64,000 nt of DNA from Octopus sinensis (Eukaryota). The translations under genes were made by a program, and so were the position numbers. The DNA lies in the NCBI RefSeq assembly GCF_006345805.1, contig NC_043006.1, positions 50,468,001 through 50,532,000 of the forward strand, given 5' to 3'. The first letter of the stretch is position 1. The number at the start of each line of letters is the position of its first letter. The notes under the pieces are model-generated. The model was not told where the DNA came from. It ran no database searches and saw nothing but the letters and a program-made list of their open reading frames with translations. Shown here piece after piece: positions 52,260 to 64,000 of the stretch.

Positions 52260-52700
52260 GAAGAATACAACGTTTTCTTTTAATGGTTTACTAGGAAACA
52301 AAGGCTGCATCCATGTCGTTTATGTGCCCTCCAAGACGGGTGATAATCATGCGGTTGGTGCTCGTTTTAAACAACTTTGAGGAAAAGACTCGAGGAAAAA
52401 TTATAGTAGGGAAAGAAATTCCACAAATTTGAATTCCTATGGAGAAATGGTTGAGCCTGCATGGGGAATACGGTTTAAATAAAGTGAAAAACAGAGACGA
52501 GTGTACAGTGAGCTTGTGCTGGTGTGCTGCACAATTAGCTAATTCCAGGCAGAAGCTGTTGTAGTAGCGATCGAAATTGCTGAGTGAGGAGGCAGTGCAT
52601 CAGGAGACTAGAAGCTAAGTGCATTGTTAATTGATGCCTGTCAGTGGGTTGGCTTTTTAAAATTTTGTTCCTTTCTATCTGGATATGGTCAAGAGTATTC
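52260..52700 (-). pseudogene. Decayed CR1/Jockey-like LINE 3' end
   Basis: Minus strand ..SLSNFDRYYNSFCLEL.. and W/N-LP..VFP..LFK-like pieces. Confidence 0.4.
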
Positions 52701-53621
52701 GTGTGCATATGTCATAAGCTTTAAAAAGGGAATAATAATAGAAGACTTCCTAGAGAAAGTAAAATTGAGCGTAGGAGGTGTTGTTGTGAAGTAAAAGAGC
52801 TGTGTCAAGTAGTAGAGTAAGGGACGGGCTAATGGTACAACCACGTGCCTGCAAATAAAAAAATAAGAATACTAAAACAAAACAACTCGACTAATGAGTT
52901 TGTTTTGTTTTTTGGTTTTTGTTTTTCAGGATTGAGTTCTTTCTTAATTAATTCGAAATTTTTCTGTGGCAATATTTTTCAAGTGGCAACAACTTTTTTT
53001 CATAGCCATCAAAATTGCTCGGTTTATTATCCTACTAACAAAGAAAATTAATTTTGGTATCATATCTCCGGTTTTTGTTGATGTATGGCATCTTTCTTCC
53101 AGTTTCCACTACGTTTAATATTCAATATGTTGCACATATGGTTCGTGCAAATGTATTATTGTAGTGGCGGTTACTTTTGAGTTTATCACATTTATCACAT
53201 TCACATAGATTATTTCTGACTGTCAACTGCACACTCCCATATTTCTATGATATATGACAAATTGCACTGATTAAAAACGAAAATCTAATCTACGAGATAA
53301 AATCAAAAATAAACTCAACACTACTTGTAGAAATTACTAGACATTATAATTACTATAGTTATTAACGCACCATAATTAATAAATGTTGATTTTTAAAAAT
53401 TTTATATTCTGTTGTTATAGTTGGTACTCATGGTAACGGCTTTGCAAAATAAAATGAAATTAAATATGTCCCGAGTTCAAATCCTATCAAGTTAAGCTTT
53501 ACCTTTTATGTTTCTGGCTAAAATTATACAAGTTAAGTATTAACTTTGGTGTAATAGAATTGCTCCTCGGCAAAAGTTCTGCTCGTACATATGTTGAATA
53601 TCAATATTATTATCATTGTTA

Positions 53622-53850
53622 AGGCGGCGAGCTGGCAGAATCGTTAGCCCGCGGGCCTAAATGCTCAACAGATTTTCGTCCTTCTTTACGTTCAGAGTTC
53701 AAATTCCGCCGAGGCCAACTTTGCCTTTCATCTTTTCAGGGTCGATAAATTAAGTACCAGTTGGATGCTGGGGTCGATAAATTAAGTACCAGTTGGGTGC
53801 TGGGGTCGATGTTATCGACTTACTCCACCGCTGAACTTACTGTCTTTGAA
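53622..53850 (+). mobile_element. SINE family A
   Basis: ggcggcgagctggcagaatcgttagc head; atcaatattatta.cattgtta on both flanks. Confidence 0.85.
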
Positions 53851-55181
53851 ATCAATATTATTACCATTGTTAGAGGAAGTAGCAGATTCATTAGAGTGGC
53901 AGACAAAAACAAATAACATTTTGCTGTGATCTATGTGATTGTGAATTGTTCAGCCACTTGCACATTAATTTCACGAGCAGGCTGGTCTGCTGATCGTCGA
54001 ATCAACTGGAACTTGTCATCGTAACCGACAGAGAACCGTTTTTGTAAAAACAACTGTAAGTAGATATTTTTAAAAATTAGGTGGTATACGTAAGTATGTA
54101 CTTAGAATCCACAGCTCTGATGGACAAATTCTCTACTCCATTTACTTGAACTATTGGTTCAAGTCTAATGAAATGCAATTCTCCGTGAGATAAAGCAGGA
54201 TGCAGTACAGCGTATTAAGATTTACTAACGCATTACAAATAAAGTCTAATTGTAATAGAATATTATAAACGGATCATGTTCCTGCTTCCGCTCCGCGAAT
54301 AAGAATGAGTAACACTTCAACATTTAAACCGGCCATATCTGACCCAAATATTCTGCCTGTTTATGATCAAGCTGATCATACCTGGCCTCTTACACTTACA
54401 TGTCATCGAAATATTGAAGCTAAGAGATAATTCAGGATTAATTTAAAACAATGTGATTGTTTAAACATTATATTTGAAAGAGTAGTGAGTTCAATATCGT
54501 GTGTGTGTGTGTTTATTCTATTCTTTCAACACCACCTTTTCAATACTGTTTGTAACATTGTCACAATAGAAAGGCAAAGAGAACTAAACAAGTATTTCTC
54601 CATGGGCAATATCGCGTGAGATTTTTCTAGTGTATGTTCACATCTTAACGTAAAGATGAAAAGAAAAAATTAATACGTAACCTCTTTCATAGGAGAGGTG
54701 ACAAATTTTAAAAAAAGGATCTACTATTCAAAGATGTTCAGTTTTAAGACTATGCACACATTGCTATACAAGTAAAATTTATCTGATTTCATTAAATGAA
54801 TGTTTTAATAAAAAATACTCATTACAAACGAGGCTTTTCACAATCTTCTATACAATTCTAACAATCTTATTCGTTTTAAGTATCCAAAACATATTACTGC
54901 TTTTAATATCCAAACGTAGTACTACTTACCACAGTTGTTAAAATAAGTGTACTTAATTGCTTACGGCAATGTATTTAGTTACTCCGAAACAATCGCTGCA
55001 ATTTCCCCAAAAATATTTATAATCCATATTGCCCATTCCGAAAGAGAAAATTGGTTAGCAGTATTAATATAGGTAATGCTCACAATGTTAATTCCTCCAC
55101 GCACCCATTTGAAAGTAAATATTTTGGAAAATGGAGAAACAAGTAATAATTTATATACATATAATATGTACAACATATATT

Positions 55182-55300
<119 letters not shown>

Positions 55301-55318
55301 ACATATGATATATGTATA

Positions 55319-55870
55319 CTGTTTCTTACAGATAAATTGAGACAATTTTACGGTGCATATAACTGCTTGTAAATACTAAAGTAATAGCACTAGACATAAT
55401 TTTAATGTAATATTTATTACAACAAAAGCATTTATCACTCAATATGGCCGCCTTTTGGGCAATAACTACCTCCACACGAGAACGAAATCTTTTCGCAGCT
55501 GCCGCAACCTCCGCCGTTTTGATTTTGTGTGTCGCACGCACGATGTAGGTCTTCTAACTGTTGACACTTGAGTGTGGCGAAGCATTGATCCTTGCTTGAA
55601 ATACGCCCCATAAAAACTAATCGAGAAGATTGAGATCTGGGCAATCACTGGGCCAGATGTTGGCCCTCACAAAAATGGCATCTTCTCACCAAGGGAGGCT
55701 TGTGTTGCTTTTGACCCATGGCATGGTGCAGAATCTTGGATAGGCACCACATCGTCAAGCCCAAACGTCTGCTCCATCCAAGGTAACAGAGAGTTCTGCA
55801 GGATGTCCAGATACTCTTCTGTGCCAAACGTCAAGCCGGACTCAAAGAAGTGTGGATCCATGACACTTCC
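55319..55870 (-). pseudogene. Tc1/mariner-superfamily transposase C-terminal relic with terminal TIR ending at TA
   Basis: YLDILQNSLLPW..IQDSAPCH..IWPS..PDLNLLD..FRSRVEVVIAQKGGHIE*; end tgtctcaatttatctgtaagaaacag-TA. Confidence 0.85.
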
Positions 55871-56157
55871 ACGGCTTCAATTGTCTATGTACATAATTAT
55901 GTGGTTTGACTTGCAGTTATTAAAGCGTTTAACTCTTATTTCTAGCAATGTATGTGTTTATAACACCATCAGTCATATTTAGTGAGTAATAGTAATCTCC
56001 TAGTTGATACATATTTGCATACTGTTGCCCAGATAAGTTATGTGTATACACATTAGCGATTTGCTAAATCATCCATACATTTCTATGGCGTAGATATATA
56101 TGCTAAGAGTGATCGTCATCCGGAATCAGCCGAGTTGGGCCGATCCCAGTAGAGATA

Positions 56158-56655
56158 CATACATACATGGTGGCTGCCCCCTCGTTATCGAGTATGCCCA
56201 TTGCACGAAGCTTAATCAATGTTGTTATCGTGCAATGCCTGTGCAAGAATATTTTTTTAAGTGAGGAAAGGCTGTGCACTGAGTCAATCCCACTCACTAA
56301 GCAACAGCAGCCATAATCCGAAAAGAAGAACAAGTCAACATCATCGGTAACCACTGAGCCGCAGGTTTTATGTCGGAGTTATCCCAATTATCTGAGTTAC
56401 CTTCTAGAAGGATGGCCTAACAAAGGCTAGGAGTCCTTCACTTCCAATGGTTTAACAGTCCGATTATTTCTATGTCCCTGCACATGATATAGCCTTAAGA
56501 CATTTATTGGATGGTCGTTGATTCTCAAGAGTTCCTCCGCCCTTTGACGGGTTTTGTTTTTCATCCTGCAGGGTGTCCAATAATCACCCTCCTCACCAAG
56601 CAAGCTTGGTGGGGTTGCCGGTTTAGTTGCCGACGACCCGACCATGCATACATAC
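56158..56655 (-). mobile_element. ~500-bp non-coding element with RTE-like 5' UTR motif, in a (TACA)n tract
   Basis: Minus strand tagcctttgttaggccatccttctagaagg..actccgacataaaacc resembles RTE 5' UTRs; catacatac at both ends. Confidence 0.5.
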
Positions 56656-56659
56656 ATAG

Positions 56660-57406
56660 CGAAGACACTAGAATTGACACGAAACGCAGACTCTGTGAGA
56701 CACAAGACCATTACATCACATCACACTTTGAAGGCTATGCGTTTGCAATCCAGGAACACGAGATTGCTACAAAGTACCTGGTGAACAAGAGAGACAGTGA
56801 CGCTCTCGTAATCCCAAGGTGCAACTGCATGTGTAGGCTATGTAATGTTTCTGTGGAAGGCATTACGCATGTGATTAGCAGCTGTCCTAAAATGTCGTCA
56901 CGGTACTACCTCCCTATGCGGCACGATGTTGTTGCTAAAACAATTTATAATGCCATCTGTAAAAAAGGCTGTCCTACAATATACTTAGAAAATCCCTCTG
57001 TTATGGAATATATTCATAAACACCAACTCGAAGAATACTGGTGGAATATTCCCATCAAATGTAAGCATAACAGGCCAGATATTGTTGTTTGGGAAAGTGA
57101 TACACAGGTATGTGCCATCATAGAGGTTATCTGTCCTACAGGTACAAATATATTTTTGAAAATCAAAGAAAAAGAGGATATCTATGGACAACTTCGAAAC
57201 CTCCAGCTTCTATATCCAAACTATGAATTCATATTCATGCCAATAATAATTGGAGCTCTAGGTTTTGTTAATAAATGCTTAAAAAAGAATCTCGATAAAC
57301 TGGGATTTTCAGAAAATGAAATTGACCTGTAGATTCGTACATTACAAGTCCAATCTGTGAGTAGAACAATAAAAATATGCAAGACTTTTCTCAAGTTCCA
57401 ACAGTG
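56660..57406 (+). pseudogene. R4/Dong-like LINE C-terminus: CCHC knuckle + PD-(D/E)xK restriction-like endonuclease
   Basis: EGYAFAIQEHEIATKY, CRLC....EGITHVISSC, RHDVVA, HNRPDIVVW, IIEVICP, EKEDIY, PIIIGALG. Confidence 0.9.
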
Positions 57407-57584
57407 AATTTGTTTGAGTTAACTACATCCCATAGATGGAGTCTTGTATCTTTGTTGGAAACCGACACCCTCCTCAATGGATGATTTATAGTAATTAAAA
57501 CATTGAAAAGACATACATGCATACATACGTATTTGAAAAGATAAGTGGAGATGGCCTTTTTTTGGATAATTTTTCTTCTTTTTT

Positions 57585-57835
57585 TCTTTTGTTTCAGTCA
57601 TTTGACTGCGGGCATGCTGGAGCTACACCTTTAGTCGAGCAAATCGACCCCAGGGCTTATTCTATCTGTCTCTCTTGCCGAACCGCTAAGTGACGGGGAC
57701 GTAAACACACCAGCATCGGTTGTCAAGCGATGTTGAGGGGACAAATAAAAACACACAAACATATACATGCATATATACATACACACACACATATATATAT
57801 ATATGTACGTACTTACCACACAACCACTCTTGCGC
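57585..57835 (-). mobile_element. SINE family B, internally deleted
   Basis: gtttcagtcatttgactgcgggcatgctggagc..gccgaaccgctaagtgacggggacgtaaacac. Confidence 0.85.
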
Positions 57836-57863
57836 CTATAATCTTTATTTTAATAATAATTTT

Positions 57864-57982
57864 TTACAAAGAGTGACTCTGATATGAGTTTTGAGCCTGA
57901 AAAATGTCGAGTAAAACATATATTTTTCAGTCGAAAACGGTTATTTGAAGCTCGAAACTCATATCAGAGTCACTCTTTGTAA
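57864..57982. repeat. 33-bp inverted repeat containing the 3' half of a hammerhead-like motif
   Basis: ttacaaagagtgactctgatatgagttttgagc ... gctcgaaactcatatcagagtcactctttgtaa. Confidence 0.85.
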
Positions 57983-58049
57983 TCATTATAATCAAAATAC
58001 GAATTATCCCCAAAAGCCATCTCCATTCATATTTTGAAATATATAATAC

Positions 58050-58460
58050 TCTTTTCTATACTAGGAACAAAGCCCGACATTTTTGAGGTGGAGGCCAGTG
58101 GATTAGATCGACTCCAGTATGCAATTGGCACTTAATTTATTGACCCCAAAAGCATGAAAATCAAAGTCGACCTCGGCGGAATTTGAACTCAGGACGTAAA
58201 AACAGACGAAATACCGCTAAACATTTCGCCCTCCGTGCTTCTTATTTCTTTACGGCCCACAAGGGGCTACACACAGAGGGAACAAACAAAGACAGACAAA
58301 CGGATTAAGTCGATTATATCGACCCCAGTACTTATTTAATCGACCCCGAAAGGATGAAAGGCAAAGTCGACCTCGGTGGAATTTGAACTCAGAACGTAGT
58401 GGCAGACGAAAATCTGCTAAGCATTCCGCCTGGCGTGCTAACGTTTCTGCCAGCTCGCAT
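58050..58460 (-). mobile_element. SINE family A, composite copy
   Basis: Reverse complement collinear with 7147-7542. Confidence 0.9.
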
Positions 58461-58519
58461 TCTTAAGACATTCTTTTTCTTATTCTACTATGTGTGTGTG
58501 TGGTGTGGTGTGTGTGGTG

Positions 58520-58565
<46 letters not shown>

Positions 58566-58567
<2 letters not shown>

Positions 58568-58933
58568 AGTCGCAATGTCCCAGTGGTTAGGGCAGCGGAC
58601 TCGCAGTCGTAGGATCGCGGTTTTGATTCTTAGACTGGGCGTTGTTTATATTTATTAAGCGAAAACACCTAAAGGTCCACAATGCTCCGGCAGGGATGGG
58701 TGGCGAACCCTGCTATACTCTTTCACTACAACTTTCACTCTCTCTTTCTTCCTGCTTCTGTTGTACCTGTATTTCAAAGGGCCAGCCTTATCACATTCTG
58801 TGTCAGACTGAATCTCCCCGAGAACTACGTTAAGGATACATGTGTCTGTGGAGTGCTCAGACACGTGCACGTTAATGCTGTTCCGTTGATCGGATCAACT
58901 GGTACCCACGTCGTCGTAATCGACGGAGTGCCA

Positions 58934-58935
<2 letters not shown>
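58566..58935 (+). mobile_element. SINE family C variant
   Basis: gcaatgtcccagtggttagggcagcggactcg head; tail gtcgtcgtaatcgacggagtgcc. Confidence 0.85.
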
Positions 58936-58979
<44 letters not shown>

Positions 58980-59754
58980 GCACACACACATATATATAAA
59001 CACATGCACACATACATACACACGTACATACATACATCATATGACACATATATATATATATATATAATACATATATCATATTCATTATAAATACCATATA
59101 TGTATGCAAATTATTGCTTGTTTCGCATTTCACAAAATATTTATTCTAAAATGGCTCCCTGAAGGTTTTAACATTCTGAGTTATTACTTGCAATACTGCT
59201 AACCAATTTCCTGTTTCGGAATTGGCAAACAGATAATAAATATGTTTTTGGAAATCACACATTTTTTTTACACATTAACTAAATACACTGCCGTTAGCAA
59301 CTAAATACACTTACGTTAAAAAATGTGGCAACTAGCATTATGCTTGGATATTTGGCGGTTAATTTATAACGAATAGAACTGTTAGAATTTTATAGGTGAC
59401 TTTGGAATGAATATTTTTATTAAAACATTTATTTCATGAAATAGGATAAAATTTATTTGTATGCCAATGAATGTGCAGTCTTGAGACTGAATATCTTTGA
59501 ATAGCATGGTCTTTGTTTTAAATTTGTCACATCTTCTGTGGAAGATATTAATTATTAATTTTTTCATCTTTACGTTAGGATATAAACATACACTAGAAAA
59601 ATCTTACATGATATTACCCATGGAGAATTACTTGTTTAATTCTCTTTGCCTTCCTGTTGTGACAATGTTACAAACATTATTGAATATGTGGTATGTGTAT
59701 CGTTGGCGATTTTCTTTCTCCGTCTTCCCTTCCTTGGACCATTCCTTTTTCTAT

Positions 59755-59789
59755 GTTTCTGAGGAAGAGCTCTGCTTGAAACGTTAAAT
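59755..59789 (+). ncRNA. Minimal hammerhead motif (module 'A' copy 2)
   Basis: GTTT-CTGAGGA-A-GAGC(TCT)GCTT-GAAA-CG-TT-AAAT. Confidence 0.6.
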
Positions 59790-59888
59790 CCTCCTTCTTT
59801 CTTTCCTTTCCTGAGCCTCCAATAACACTATACTTGTTCCACGTCCTCACGTTCTTTCTCTTTGTTCATGTTGGATTAAGTGTATATA

Positions 59889-59924
<36 letters not shown>

Positions 59925-59956
59925 TATACATATATATATACACACACGCACACACG

Positions 59957-59988
<32 letters not shown>

Positions 59989-60119
59989 CGCACATATATA
60001 CATATATATATATATATTATATATATATATATATACATATATATACATATATATATACACACACGCACACACACACACACACACACCACACACACACACG
60101 CACACACGCACATATATAC

Positions 60120-60150
<31 letters not shown>

Positions 60151-60154
60151 AGTT

Positions 60155-60340
60155 TAAATTTACAGAAAAACAAAAAACGAAGGTAGGTGTATGAACAACA
60201 AGCAGGTGTATTAGTTTGATGCTTGGGAAAGTGAGAAGATGTTTTATGTTTGGATCCTGCGTTCTTCAACAGAAAGGAATAAGAGAAAATAAACAGAGAA
60301 AGAATAAAGAAAAACATTGATTTAGCGATCAACCATGGTG
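60155..60340 (-). mobile_element. PLE 3' module 'B', decayed
   Basis: gaaaaaca..aggtgtatgaacaacaagcaggtgtatt..atttagcgatcaaccatgg matches 22185-22350. Confidence 0.75.
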
Positions 60341-61999
60341 ACATATGTATGCATGCATGTATGTATGAATAGATGGATGTATCATTCGCACATTCCGGAA
60401 GACGAATTTGCCTATTCATATTATGATATATCATGAGTAATAATACCTTCTACTAACAAGTCTCCTATCACCAGTCAAACTAAAATTCATGTACTGTCCT
60501 GAAATGAGAAGCAATTAAAAATATACATTTATTCATCTCTCTCTCTCTCCCTCTCTGTCTTTCTCTATCCTTTCCCCTTTCTCTCCATCGTTCTTATACA
60601 CAGACGCGTGCGCATGCATATATATATATACCTAAGAACTCTCTTCCTACTTCTGGGTGACGAAATTACAATAAATTAGGCAACAAACACTAAAAAAAGC
60701 AATAACAGGGACAATGATAAGAATTTCGCATGTCAGCACAAAGCCAGTCAGAATAAGAAACAGTCAGAAACCGTCAGACCATCCCAATATTTAAGCGGTT
60801 CATGATGCTGCTACCAGTGACGACATTGTTGTTCCTAATGGTGCCCATAATCTCTGTGGTTGCTGCGGTGGTTGTGGTGGCCGTTGTAGTGGTAGGAGAG
60901 TATACATGGATATGGTAAAATTTGGTGGAGTTGAACGCTGCATTTCGTTGTTCTAATTCCAATATCTACGCAACCTTCTGCTGGGTCTGTTATATTGTAA
61001 TAATAGTGCTGGTAGTGGTAGTATCAGCACTGTTGCTATGGTATCAATGCTAAAGTATGCAGCGACGATACTTGGCACAGATTGAACTCTGTCACACATA
61101 CGCACTATGTTATAGCATTTTCTCTCACGTTGTTTATAGCGGTGTTTAGAAGTAAAGTGTGTAGATGTCATCTCAAAAGGAAGATCATGTCTCAACTGTG
61201 CAGGATCCCCTTGAGTGTGTTAAACAATCAAGTAGATTTTTCTGCAGCTGAAAATCGATTTTCTCTCGATGAAGTTTTTGAGGAAGATGAAAACTCTCTG
61301 AAAACAATTATATAGTAGCATTTGAAGGAGTTAAATGCTGCACTTGGTTGATCTCATTCCAATTTTCCCACAACCCGTTACTGAGTCCGTTATCTTATTA
61401 CTTGTAATGATAGCGCTGGCGGTGGTAGAAAAATTGCCGATGTTCTTGTTGTTGCTGTCGCCACTGTCACTTGAAACTTTGCTGCTCTTGTTGTTATCGC
61501 CAATCTTGCTCGGAACATTGTTACTTTTTTTCCTGCTTTCGCCAATGTCGCTTGTTATTCTGGTTCTTGCTATCAGCGCTGTCACTCGAAATGTTGCTAA
61601 CGTTGCTATTACCACTGTCACTCGATATGTCGTTGCTCTTGTTGTTGCTATTGTCACTGTTACTCGAAATGTTGTTCTGATGGTTGTTATTACTTTTGTC
61701 ATTCAAAACGTTTTCCTTGTTGCTATTACTACCACGGTCAAGTCGGATGGTCGTATCAGTGATAGTTACGCTGTTAATTATATCTCTTTAGAAAAGTTTG
61801 AACCAATAACGGAAAGCTTCCTCTCAAGTGACAGCGTTGTTTCCATTCATTCCCTACATCTCGGTCATCTCCCGTCATCCTATATTCTCTATAATACGCT
61901 CCTTGACTATACAATTATGATTTAAAATATGGAACGCAAGCATTTTTAAAAAAATTATTTAGAACGTCTGTAGAGATTGGGGGACATAAAACGAGATAT

Positions 62000-62395
62000 C
62001 CTCTTTCTTCACAGTAACGCCCACAATGACATACGCAATGAGAACTGACAACAGGAAAATCGTAGTCAAAGAACTGAATAAAAATATAGAAATATAAAGC
62101 CTGAATTATGAAGATTGCCAAAATGTAGAAGATGAAAACCACTACGGTACCTGTTATTATAGGGCATACTGGGTAATAAATAAAGAGTCAGAGAAATTCA
62201 TAGAGAAAACCGTGCTTAAAAGAAATGCAAAACCAGAATGGGCATTGCAAACATTTCACCACTATCACGTTAAATTCCATAGTTTCATAGAATTTTTATA
62301 GAACACTCCAGATTTCGACAATATACAATCATCAAATGAATTAAGAACATTATATACGTTATCTACCTCTGATGTCTGGCTGGCGCCTGCTGGAT
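62000..62395 (+). pseudogene. R4/Dong-like LINE 3' end fragment
   Basis: ..KYRNIKPEL..KTTTVPVIIGHTG.. followed by a short 3' hairpin-like tail. Confidence 0.5.
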
Positions 62396-62879
62396 GCCAT
62401 TTGCATACAACATATTATCAAGGAAAAACTTTTCATCACAATTATAATGATAACGGAAAATGTTGATATAAAAACCACAACGAAACAAATTTTTCTATGG
62501 GAATCAAAAGGTTTAGCATAAATTGTCTAGTAAGATATAAAATATCTGGTATGGGTTGATAGGTGAAAACGAAGTAAAAATAAATAAATATATAAACAAT
62601 TAGTTTCAATAAATTTATATTGACAAGTTTTTCCCTTCTGGACAATTGAGCTTCAGTTAATCGATAGTTATCATCCTACACAATTCACACAAGAATGGTA
62701 CTAAGAATAATGACGAGTAAAAATAATAACTATAGCAGTAGTAGTAGTAGTGGTGGTGGTGGTGGTGGTGGTAGTGGTGCTGGAGGAGGTGGGGGTACAT
62801 ATTGTTGTTCGAAAACAAAGGGCAGAGTAGGGATAGAGGCCGTCAATGAAGATGAGAACGTTGGTGAATAATACTAAAA

Positions 62880-62919
62880 ATCATTATTATTATTATCGTC
62901 ATCAGCATCACCATCGTTA

Positions 62920-62953
<34 letters not shown>

Positions 62954-62967
62954 CATTATTATTATTA

Positions 62968-63025
<58 letters not shown>

Positions 63026-63087
63026 CATTATTATTATTATTATTATTATTACTATTGTTGTTGTTGTCGTCGTCGTCGTCGTCGTCG
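62880..63087. repeat. (TTA)n/(TCG)n microsatellite
   Basis: Direct reading. Confidence 0.95.
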
Positions 63088-64000
63088 AGATAAGACGTGT
63101 TTTTCAGAGCTCCGTCAGGTTGAAATTTGCTGTTATTTTTCAAGTTTATTGACTGTTTGTTTGTTGGTTTTTGTTTTCCGAACCCCTTTTGGTGTGCAGA
63201 AGGGGTTCTTTTGTTGAAAATTTCCCCCTTTTAGGGTTGAATCTTGGACTTTTTCTCCATTAAAAAAATATTCTTGTTTCTTCGTCTAACGAAAAATCAA
63301 GATGGCTTCCTATGTCGAGGGTAGTGGCAGTGGCTGTTCTGACAACCAGTACAGCCAAGATTTCCTGCCTCTGAACATTACAAGTAGCAGTACGAATTTC
63401 ACTCATAACATCTTCCCCACGTTTGACACAGAAATAGAAAAATAGAAAAAGTCAAGTCGACACCGCCAACGTCACCACCGACATGAACACAGTAAACGCA
63501 AACGAAAAGGAAGAATCAAATAAGAAAAACAATGTCAAACACAGCGGCAACAGTTTCATCTCGGCAGTGAAACAAATGAGAGAGCTAATTTATTTAATGA
63601 GTTAAACAATGTCAAACGTTTGTTGAGGGAGGAAGAAAATATTTTCCTTAACACACCACAAGAACTTATAAAGAAAACACAGGAGAAAACAGTAATCTAT
63701 AAATTATTGCATATTTAAAAAAAAAGAGTAGAAGGAGCAACTCAACAGCAACTAGAGATTGCGTTGAAACCTATATGGACGAGTAATACCTATGTGACGC
63801 GAGGACATGGAAGTACGCTTCGCAACAGTTGAAGAAGTAAGACAGCATTCCACAGTGTCACTGGGGAATTCCTGCTCGTGTCGACATACCTAGGTCGGCA
63901 CGAGCAGGAATTGGGGAGGTACCCGCCGAAATAGATATGCTTCGCTGGTGTTGGCTGTCCTCTATGATATAGAGGATAGCACCAATATACTGGAGGTGCA
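63088..64000 (+). pseudogene. Second, diverged member of the ORF1-like family (runs off the window)
   Basis: ATG at 63302; TVIYKLL, TYVTRG, RQHSTVSL, LLVSTYLGR, VLAVLYDIEDSTNILEV match TVVYRML, FYTRG, INHSTDPL, LLPTYCGKR, LVAVIMHDMKDGVEILKI at 14.6-15.2 kb. Confidence 0.7.

Overview
AT-rich, repeat-dominated eukaryotic DNA with no confidently identifiable host gene. The SINE families and long (TA)n/(AAT)n/(GATA)n tracts suggest an octopus (cephalopod) genome, which is inference. Most ORFs in the track are microsatellite artefacts. The real coding content is all transposon-derived: a nearly intact Penelope-like element (PLE; RT + Zn-finger linker + GIY-YIG, about 31.8-35.6 kb), a second PLE 3' remnant, a decayed Ty3/Gypsy element, several R4/Dong-like (restriction-like endonuclease) LINE fragments, CR1/L2/Jockey-like fragments, Tc1/mariner relics and MITEs, and two copies of a CCHC 'ORF1-only' element. 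Two signals stand out. (1) About ten well-formed and several decayed minimal type-I hammerhead ribozyme motifs, read directly from the sequence. They include U3-A8 compensated and U4C core variants and lie in short non-coding modules inserted in (TA)n tracts, often as fold-back inverted repeats (one is a ~595-bp palindrome with a hammerhead on each strand). (2) The large PLE appears to have two ORFs joined by an in-phase U-UUU-UUA slippery heptamer whose -1 frame opens straight into the RT N-terminal motif.
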